Shown here piece by piece: positions 57,564-64,000 of a stretch of DNA of 64,000 nucleotides. Below the pieces are notes generated by a model. The model searched no databases, was not told where the DNA came from, and saw only the letters and a program-made list of their open reading frames with translations. Origin of the DNA: a virus; IMG/VR virus record IMGVR_UViG_3300020182_000022, positions 1-64,000 of that record. One strand, written 5' to 3'. Position numbers and translations under genes: made by a program. Within the stretch, counting starts at the first letter, position 1. Each line of letters begins with the position of its first letter.

Positions 57564-58239
57564 TCTTGTATTGATTGTAAAATATTTGTTGTGACTCTTG
57601 AAATGTTTTATCGTTGATGTCTCTCAAGCCTGGGCTCGCATGAGTGACATGAATAGGATATGTTCCTATTTTGAGTTTCAATTTGTTCGCATCTAAACAA
57701 CTCGAGAGATCGTAATGATGAAATTTGAACGACTCATTAAATTTCCATCCAGCCTGCAATACATTCTTCAGATTTACAGCCATGAACAATCCATCAATCA
57801 CAAGACATCTTTTAGGCCATGGACCGAAGCTAGTCACTCCTAACTGACTACTATCATTGATTGGATGTGACACCGCGCCTGACATGTCTTCACGTTCACT
57901 CATGACGTGCCACAAGCATGGTTGTTTGATTTTAACTTTGCTAGAACCAGCTAGTCCTACAATATCGTACTTCATCTGATTCATCGCAGTATACAACTTA
58001 CCTTTCAATTTCAGGTCATCGATAAACACATCATCATGCACAAACAACACAATATCATGTTTGATTAGATTTTCTGCTGTTAACTGTCTGTTGTATGCTT
58101 GTGACAAACCAGACTTGTTGTTAGCATTGATAACAACAGTCACATCGTTTTTTAATTCATTGAGAGATTTCGCTAACATTGAATCTCTTCCGTCACCCTT
58201 GGAGCAAGTGACTACTAATATCTTTCTCATTTCGTTCAT
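57556..58239 (-). CDS. Glycosyltransferase family 2-like protein
   Basis: Contains 'GLSQAYN', DxD-like 'FVHDDV', 'IVGLAG', 'IDGLFMAV' and 'FHHYDLSSC'. Start ATG 58239 overlaps the amidotransferase stop (ATGA). Confidence 0.8.
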   Translation of the reverse strand: MNEMRKILVVTCSKGDGRDSMLAKSLNELKNDVTVVINANNKSGLSQAYNRQLTAENLIKHDIVLFVHDDVFIDDLKLKGKLYTAMNQMKYDIVGLAGSSKVKIKQPCLWHVMSEREDMSGAVSHPINDSSQLGVTSFGPWPKRCLVIDGLFMAVNLKNVLQAGWKFNESFKFHHYDLSSCLDANKLKLKIGTYPIHVTHASPGLRDINDKTFQESQQIFYNQYKNE

Positions 58240-58937
58240 AGGAAAAATGGGCTGTTTGATTGGAATTCTCCGCATGTCGCTAATCCTTCCGTAGTTGAGC
58301 AATATATGACACCTTCTCTGAGTTCTTCTTCGACAACACCAGGCACTTTGATGGAACTAAACTCACCGGTGTCAGTATTACCAAACAACGTGCTGCCGCT
58401 TCTCACCAGGAATGTACATCCGGTCAGCTTGCTGTATATCCAGCATGCGAAGGTTCCTTGCAATTGATTACAAGCCTTTTCTAAAGCCACAATCTCAGCT
58501 GTTCTCTTGCCTTCATCTAACTCCTCACCTAAGAATTCCTCGCTAAACTCAAATACTAATGATATTAAAGCTGGTATCACTGAGCTGTCTACTGAATTGT
58601 AATGATCTGGCATCAACTCCTCTACTAATTGTCTGTCATTCTGCAAGACACCGTTATGAGCCACTATATAATAGAAGTCTTCAAATGGATGGCTTGTTAC
58701 AGGGCTGAACTCGCGATTGGACGATGTAGGAGCTTGTGTGTGACCTAAAAATTGATTGTAATCACCTGAGAAAGCGTAATCACCGGTAAGATCCACCACA
58801 TTCGGATCTTTTCGGATGTAAATCTCCCGGCCTCTTGTTGTGTATAAGCTACCATACGAGAAATTACCTCTCTCGCGATTAGCAATGTATAATTTCTCAT
58901 AATTTTTAAATATTGTTGAACCGAAAATACCGCACAT
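58236..58937 (-). CDS. Class II (Ntn) glutamine amidotransferase domain protein
   Basis: N-terminal MCGIFG (catalytic Cys1), 'RG..SYG', 'GHTQAPT', 'HPF', 'VAHNG' and 'VDS'. Confidence 0.88.
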   Translation of the reverse strand: MCGIFGSTIFKNYEKLYIANRERGNFSYGSLYTTRGREIYIRKDPNVVDLTGDYAFSGDYNQFLGHTQAPTSSNREFSPVTSHPFEDFYYIVAHNGVLQNDRQLVEELMPDHYNSVDSSVIPALISLVFEFSEEFLGEELDEGKRTAEIVALEKACNQLQGTFACWIYSKLTGCTFLVRSGSTLFGNTDTGEFSSIKVPGVVEEELREGVIYCSTTEGLATCGEFQSNSPFFL

Positions 58938-58943
58938 AGTTAT

Positions 58944-58972
58944 ATTATAGCTGAGCTAACTGTTTATCGCAA
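58944..58972 (-). promoter_or_regulatory. Sigma70-type promoter TTGCGA-N17-TATAAT
   Basis: 6 nt before ATG 58937, overlapping the queC stop codon. Confidence 0.75.
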
Positions 58973-59669
58973 CACAATTGTGTGACTTCCATGGTATTTC
59001 TCTGCTGTATGGTATTGGGTCAATATAACCAGCTTCTAAAAATCCTTGAATACGTGAACTACATGCCGTGCACTCCCCACATGCCTCGTCTTTACCTTCA
59101 TAACAAGTCCATGTATTAGAGAAGTCTACTCCTAGCTCGACACCCATTCTGATGATCTCAGCTTTGCTCTTGTCAATCAGAGGCGCTTCTATTGTGACTC
59201 GATCGCGTCTGTTCAATTGGTTTACGTTGTTGATCGCTTCTAGAAACTCTTTGCTACCGTCCCAGAATCCTGCTTGACTGTCAACCAGAGCAGATCCATG
59301 GAACACGGTACTAGCGCCAATTGATTCTGCATATGCTGTGCATATAGACAACATCATCATGTTTCTGTTAGGTACATAATTGACAGTTTGTGGGTCTCCT
59401 AACACATCTCTCGCTTTTGCTACATCAATATCATCATTAGTCAGAGCACTAGTTGTCACAATGTCTTTGAAGAACTTTAGATCTAGTATCTTGAGGTTTT
59501 CTTGTTTGGTTCTGTGTATTGTATTTTGTGCGCAAACCAATTCTTTGTCTCTGTGTTTCTGTCCATAATCATACCCAACGGCCTGAATTTCATATCCTTT
59601 TGATCTAGCGAGATGGTATATCACTGTGGAGTCTAAACCACCGCTTAACGGTACAATACATTTATCCAT
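58956..59669 (-). CDS. queC: QueC-like PP-loop ATPase (7-cyano-7-deazaguanine synthase family)
   Basis: Contains 'SGGLDS', 'YGQKH', 'YVPNRN', 'APL...K.EI' and 'TWTCY...CGECTAC'. Start reassigned to ATG 59669. Confidence 0.9.
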   Translation of the reverse strand: MDKCIVPLSGGLDSTVIYHLARSKGYEIQAVGYDYGQKHRDKELVCAQNTIHRTKQENLKILDLKFFKDIVTTSALTNDDIDVAKARDVLGDPQTVNYVPNRNMMMLSICTAYAESIGASTVFHGSALVDSQAGFWDGSKEFLEAINNVNQLNRRDRVTIEAPLIDKSKAEIIRMGVELGVDFSNTWTCYEGKDEACGECTACSSRIQGFLEAGYIDPIPYSREIPWKSHNCVAINS

Positions 59670-59676
59670 AGTTTTT

Positions 59677-59705
59677 ATTATATGAACTATATAAAATGAA
59701 GGCAA
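59677..59705 (-). promoter_or_regulatory. Sigma70-type promoter TTGCCT-N17-TATAAT
   Basis: 7 nt before the queC ATG. Confidence 0.75.
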
Positions 59706-59710
59706 CTTAA

Positions 59711-59718
59711 TATAAGTA
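59711..59718 (+). promoter_or_regulatory. Late-type promoter TATAAGTA
   Basis: 5 nt before ATG 59724. Confidence 0.65.
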
Positions 59719-59723
59719 ATGTT

Positions 59724-61679
59724 ATGAGCAGCAGAAAGTACAATACTAATGACAATGATTTAATCTGGGAGAGTTTTCAAAACCGCACAAACCACAAGAT
59801 CTCCAAGCAGAATAGTAGATACAGTGAATTGTTAGAGAACGATCTCAAGTATATCGAAGAATTTCTAATCAGAGAAGGTATTTGGGATAAGGTTAAAGGT
59901 GCTGCTGGTGCTGCTGCCGGTAAGGTGAAGGATTTTGCTGCTGATAAGATCATGAAGCCTTTGATGGATATGTTGGCTGCAGCTATTCAGAAAGACCCAG
60001 CATCTGCTGAGAAGTTACCAGAACTTCAACAAGCTGCTCAAGGTGGTGGAGATATTGGAGCAATTTTACAGGCAAGTGGTGATCAAAGTATCATGAAGCA
60101 AATTGAAGGTCAACCAGATGCAGCTGCAGGTGGTGTAGCGGATCCGGCAGATCCGGAAGCGGCTGCCGCTCCACAGGCTGAGTCGTACTTGTATCAATTT
60201 AATATGAACAAAATGATTTGTGAGACTTTGGTTGATCAAGGAATCATTTCAGAATCAAAATCTCAAATCATTCAAGAGAGACGGAAATTCGAAGCCGCGA
60301 ATGTCCTGTTTGAGTCTCTAAAGAAAAACACACAACCGAAAGATTGTCCATGGATGCCTAATCTCGTCATTGAGAAAGACGTGAGAGGTGCTGACGGAAG
60401 GTTTGCAGCCGGTAACCAATCAGGTGTTCAGTACGCACCAGCAGATGCACCAACAGCAGAAGCTCCAGCGGCGGCTCCGGCAGCCGGAGGCGGTTATACT
60501 GGTAGTGTTCGGAAGGACGTTAGTGTACTAAAGAGTAACATAAAGCAATTCTTAAAAGCTAATCCAAAGATGGCGACAGATGGTAGGTTCAAGAGTATTG
60601 AGCAGATGGTAAGCGGACTGGATCGAGAGGGGCGAACAGCAGAGACTCCAGCAGAGGCTCCAGCAGAGGCTCCAGCAACCGGTACACCAGAGGCTCCAGC
60701 AGAGGCTCCAGCAACCAGTACACCAGAGGCTCCAGCAACCAGTACACCAGAGGCTCCAGCAGCAAAGCCAGAAGGTACACCAGGACCAGCAGCACCAACA
60801 GTAGGTGCAGGGGGTGCGTCAATGCCAGCTGAGAAGCCGGTAGCAGACGGTGCAACACCAGCAGGTGGTGCTCCAACACCAGCGGACGGAGCTAAGGCAC
60901 CAGGAATTTTAGGTAAGGTTTGGAATTTTGTTAAGGCTAACAAGGGTGCAATTGGTGGTCTTGCTGCCATGGGTATTGCTGCAGCGTTAATCGCAGGTGG
61001 AGGTCCTTTTGCCATACCGGCTACTAGATATCTAACCGGTGCTCTTATGGGTGGTGTTAGAGGTGCTATAAAAGGTGCAAAGGGTACTGAGGGTGGTATG
61101 ATGGATAAATTTAAAGGGGCAGCTAATCAAGCTGGTGCAGATTCAATGAAAGGTGGAGCGGTTGGAATTGCTGCCGGTATGGCTGGAGATGCAGTTGGTA
61201 GTGTGATGGGTGGAGCTGCTAATGCTGCTGCAGACGGTCAAGTGCCTAGTGCAGCTGCTGAACCATACGTTGAGCCAAGTGCTGAGCCGATGGACCAGAC
61301 TTCAGATTATGGAGGTAATCCAGAAGACTATAGTGCTGGTGGTCAATATGATATGGAAACACCAGAGATCGCCGGTACTAGTGGTGGTTTTAATCCTGAA
61401 ACTGGTGAGAGTAACATGGACATGTCGGATGAAGAAGCTGCTGCGTTCAATGCTCAAGATGCTAACGGCGAAACACCAGGAGTAGATTACCAAGAACCTA
61501 CCGCAAAATCAGCTGCTGAAGCTGAAGCTGGAGTAGGTCAAATTGATCCTGTAACCGGAAAGAAAATCGAAATGATTGACCCAGAAAACAAACCAGGGTT
61601 CTTTAAGAAATTAGGATCATTTCTGCCAGGTGGGACTACACCTAGAGAGGTGTGGGGTTCGAACACCGGCAAAGGTTAA
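59724..61679 (+). CDS. Ala/Gly/Pro-rich late protein with a hydrophobic Gly-zipper segment (651 aa)
   Basis: Low-complexity linkers and 'GAIGGLAAMGIAAALIAGGGPFAIP', preceded by a late promoter. Confidence 0.7.
   Translation: MSSRKYNTNDNDLIWESFQNRTNHKISKQNSRYSELLENDLKYIEEFLIREGIWDKVKGAAGAAAGKVKDFAADKIMKPLMDMLAAAIQKDPASAEKLPELQQAAQGGGDIGAILQASGDQSIMKQIEGQPDAAAGGVADPADPEAAAAPQAESYLYQFNMNKMICETLVDQGIISESKSQIIQERRKFEAANVLFESLKKNTQPKDCPWMPNLVIEKDVRGADGRFAAGNQSGVQYAPADAPTAEAPAAAPAAGGGYTGSVRKDVSVLKSNIKQFLKANPKMATDGRFKSIEQMVSGLDREGRTAETPAEAPAEAPATGTPEAPAEAPATSTPEAPATSTPEAPAAKPEGTPGPAAPTVGAGGASMPAEKPVADGATPAGGAPTPADGAKAPGILGKVWNFVKANKGAIGGLAAMGIAAALIAGGGPFAIPATRYLTGALMGGVRGAIKGAKGTEGGMMDKFKGAANQAGADSMKGGAVGIAAGMAGDAVGSVMGGAANAAADGQVPSAAAEPYVEPSAEPMDQTSDYGGNPEDYSAGGQYDMETPEIAGTSGGFNPETGESNMDMSDEEAAAFNAQDANGETPGVDYQEPTAKSAAEAEAGVGQIDPVTGKKIEMIDPENKPGFFKKLGSFLPGGTTPREVWGSNTGKG
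60648..60763. repeat. Tandem 12/21-bp coding repeats (PAEA / PATSTPEA)
   Basis: Repeated CCAGCAGAGGCT and CCAGCAACC(G/A)GTACACCAGAGGCT units. Confidence 0.85.
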
Positions 61680-62821
61680 GCTGATATCTTTACAGTCTTA
61701 GTAGACTTTTTAGTCTCATCTACAACCACATCATCAACACTGTAACTGTATTGCTTTTTGAGTTGTTTCTCGAGATTAGGTAGGATATGCGTATCCCATA
61801 GATCAGTATCACTCTTCCAGTTCTTGTAATACCCTAATTTCTTACCAGGTACACCGTCTTTTCCACTAGGTAATATAAATGTACTACCAGTCTGCTCAAT
61901 CACACCATGATTGACTGCCATCTCTCTAAGACCACTATACAAGTCTAGACCCTTCTTGAAGTTTAAATATGCTTCACATTCTAAAAATGGTGGTACAAAT
62001 CGATTCTTCACAGTCAATGCACGTAACGTGGTACCACTAACCTTGTTAGCTTCAGGTAACAACTCATCTGATTCTTCTCCTCTGCTGGCATCATGCTTTT
62101 CATCTCTTTTAGCTAGTTGTACTAACACGCTCGCAAGATACACAGGGCCTTTGCCTCCACTTTGAGCTTTAACTAGAGTTGGAAACATCGCACTTGGATC
62201 ATCATATGTATGATTACTGAACAATATAGTAACACCGGCTTGCGCAGCTTTGAATGTTAACAATCTCATCATGCTCTTGAGACCTTTTGCTCTGGTACCC
62301 ATGTCAGTAGCTGATTTACCTTTTTCAGCGTCATCTACTTCCTTTTGACTTGCTAAATTACCAAGACTATCAATACTGATGATGAATTTATCACGCATTT
62401 TTGACTCGATAACACTATCCAGGAAGGCTGATATTTGATTCCTGCAATCTTCAACTGTTTGTACCGGTACATACTTGACTTGATCATTATCTAAACCAAC
62501 TCCAGTGGTACTACTAGCATCTACAGCTGCTTCTGTATCAAATATAACAGGTACCATGCCTTTCTTTTGCGCATTCGCTAATATCTTGTTGATAATGTAA
62601 GTCTTACCAGCTGCACTCGGTCCACTGAACCCAGTTATTCTGCCCATAGGCACACCACCATAAAGACTACCGGAGATAATAGCATTTAATGCCATACAAC
62701 CGGTATCTACGTGGTCAGTCACATTGCTGAGCGCGCTTTCTGATAGAAATTTTGCTTCTGGGTTGAGTTTCTCAAGTTTATCAAAAACTTTGAGAATATC
62801 CTTGTCTAGTTTACTCATCAA
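61676..62821 (-). CDS. uvsX: RecA-like recombinase (UvsX)
   Basis: Contains 'DTGCMALNAIISG...GGVP.GRIT...GPSAAGKT', 'FDTE', 'IDSLGNL', 'SGG' and 'KNRF'. Confidence 0.93.
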   Translation of the reverse strand: MMSKLDKDILKVFDKLEKLNPEAKFLSESALSNVTDHVDTGCMALNAIISGSLYGGVPMGRITGFSGPSAAGKTYIINKILANAQKKGMVPVIFDTEAAVDASSTTGVGLDNDQVKYVPVQTVEDCRNQISAFLDSVIESKMRDKFIISIDSLGNLASQKEVDDAEKGKSATDMGTRAKGLKSMMRLLTFKAAQAGVTILFSNHTYDDPSAMFPTLVKAQSGGKGPVYLASVLVQLAKRDEKHDASRGEESDELLPEANKVSGTTLRALTVKNRFVPPFLECEAYLNFKKGLDLYSGLREMAVNHGVIEQTGSTFILPSGKDGVPGKKLGYYKNWKSDTDLWDTHILPNLEKQLKKQYSYSVDDVVVDETKKSTKTVKISA

Positions 62822-63164
62822 ATAGTTTCACAACTTCAGGTTCGGTTTTTTCAGGAGCTGCTACTGGTTTATTAAAAATGTTCTTGTATTGCTGAATGAT
62901 TGGATCATCTAGTTCAATATTATCACTAGTCACAGTGTTGTCTGTATTGAACTTCCAGATAACGCCAGATTCACGTGTTTCAGCTTTGACAAACTCACGG
63001 AAAATAAAGGGTAACAGTTGAACTGATATCTGACCATTCTCTTGATTGACTTGTACATTAACAACCGCTGGTTCCTTAATCGACATGATTTTCTCTACTG
63101 TTTCAACGTGCTCTCCCACGATAACACGACCTACACTATCTACAAATGCTTTAATATTACTCAT
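62811..63164 (-). CDS. Hypothetical protein, possibly Sm-like fold
   Basis: The pattern 'GRVIVGE...IKEPAVV...VQLLP...QYKNIF' resembles small Sm-like proteins of T4-like phages. Confidence 0.55.
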   Translation of the reverse strand: MSNIKAFVDSVGRVIVGEHVETVEKIMSIKEPAVVNVQVNQENGQISVQLLPFIFREFVKAETRESGVIWKFNTDNTVTSDNIELDDPIIQQYKNIFNKPVAAPEKTEPEVVKLFDE

Positions 63165-63170
63165 ACTCTT

Positions 63171-63199
63171 ATTATATGAACTTTGAGTGTGTTAATCAA
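63171..63199 (-). promoter_or_regulatory. Sigma70-type promoter TTGATT-N17-TATAAT
   Basis: 6 nt before ATG 63164. Confidence 0.75.
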
Positions 63200-63416
63200 C
63201 GGCTTTTTTCTTGAAGTATATACGAATTATATACTTTCTGATGATAGCTATTGCTGTGAACACAACCCATGTGAGTACAGCGGTGTTGAACACAGACATT
63301 TTTGAGTTAAACGCAAAATATAGTACTGCTAGGTTCAATGGGAAGTTTATAACTGTACCTATCGCTGTGTCTGTGATGGCTTCTATCCATGCTTTCTTGT
63401 TATCGAAGAACTTCAT
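63192..63416 (-). CDS. Small two-helix membrane protein
   Basis: 'IEAITDTAIG..IN...' followed by hydrophobic helices and 'RKYIIR'. Start ATG 63416 overlaps the polymerase stop (ATGA). Confidence 0.65.
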   Translation of the reverse strand: MKFFDNKKAWIEAITDTAIGTVINFPLNLAVLYFAFNSKMSVFNTAVLTWVVFTAIAIIRKYIIRIYFKKKAVD

Positions 63417-64000
63417 ACACCTAATAAATCGAACAGATCTGTTTGTACTTGATTTGATGGTTTGCTCAAGCGCCAATTGACAGCTTCATAAAATCTCTCA
63501 ATCATACTGAAGATCAACTTCTCAAACATCTTCTCAATGTCTGGTTCGAATATAGCTTTGAACTCATCTGGATAATAGTACTTGTAGGCTATTGCCTGTA
63601 TGCCATACTTGTTGGGTTGATTGACATAAAAATACCTAACCTTGTCTCCAGTCTCGATTGTCTCGTACTTTCCACTCAGATCCAACTTCTCTAACAACAT
63701 ATTATAATGATATGCTGCTTTCACGTGAGCTGGCATTCCTTTGCATGTCACAAATCCATTGCATCTCGTGGAGTACTTCTCGTAGTCGGATATACCCATG
63801 GCAAATGAGTAGTCCTCTACTGGTAGTTTCTTGAATATCTCGTAAGCCTCTAAAAACACATCGTTCGTTGTGCTTCTAGACTCTGTATCCATCATTGTCT
63901 CAACTATCTGCTTGACATATGGTTTGATTGGTGCTGGCATGGTGCTTCTAACAACCTCCACACCAGTATACTTGAATTTATTGACAGGTATACCTTCATC
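63413..64000 (-). CDS. 43: Family B DNA polymerase (gp43-like), C-terminal part; the 5' end lies beyond the window
   Basis: Frame open to the window edge, with 'DEG...KYTGVEVVRS', 'KG.PAHVKAAYHYN', 'GDKVRYFY' and 'KMFEK'. Confidence 0.9.
   Translation of the reverse strand, partial: DEGIPVNKFKYTGVEVVRSTMPAPIKPYVKQIVETMMDTESRSTTNDVFLEAYEIFKKLPVEDYSFAMGISDYEKYSTRCNGFVTCKGMPAHVKAAYHYNMLLEKLDLSGKYETIETGDKVRYFYVNQPNKYGIQAIAYKYYYPDEFKAIFEPDIEKMFEKLIFSMIERFYEAVNWRLSKPSNQVQTDLFDLLGV

Noticed and set aside
58236-59669. QueC as part of a bacterial anti-phage system (Qat or type IV CBASS)
   Set aside because: No TatD, KAP-type ATPase, cyclase or TGT gene is adjacent, and the context is a phage replication module.
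60494-61015. Minus-strand 173-aa and 96-aa repetitive ORFs
   Set aside because: They are antisense shadows of the Ala/Pro repeat region of the 651-aa gene.
1-64000. Alternative genetic code (stop codon reassignment)
   Set aside because: Conserved genes are full length under the standard code, and TAA, TAG and TGA are all used as true stops.
1-64000. tRNA, rRNA, integrase or transposase genes
   Set aside because: Intergenic gaps are almost all under 70 nt, and no cloverleaf or recombinase/transposase motif was recognised by eye. A tRNAscan run would be needed to be certain.

Overview
The window is a gene-dense 64 kb segment of a large T4-like (myovirus) bacteriophage genome, mostly coded on the minus strand. 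The left two-thirds is virion morphogenesis: two large tail-fibre-like proteins, portal gp20, baseplate wedge and hub proteins (gp6, gp25, gp53, gp27-like, gp26/51-like), tape measure, tail tube gp19, an oversized tail sheath gp18, large terminase gp17 and neck gp14. The right third is replication and recombination: primase gp61, RNase H-like 5' nuclease, clamp gp45, SSB gp32, DHH phosphoesterase, helicase gp41, UvsX and the 3' end of DNA polymerase gp43. Clamp loader gp44 and dUTPase sit inside the baseplate block. The main observations are: (1) a free-standing Hint/intein-like gene with its own late-promoter motif between the tape measure and baseplate genes, lacking the splicing nucleophiles; (2) a divergent QueC, Ntn-amidotransferase and glycosyltransferase cassette, with the latter two coupled to the helicase and a rhamnose-type epimerase/reductase nearby, which is a candidate new DNA or virion modification system; (3) sigma70-type and late (ATAARTA) promoter motifs that sit 5-11 nt from start codons, implying largely leaderless mRNAs, while gp32 keeps a G-free leader; (4) a shared N-terminal motif on several late proteins resembling capsid-targeting propeptides. 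All product calls come from motif recognition by eye; no database searches were run.
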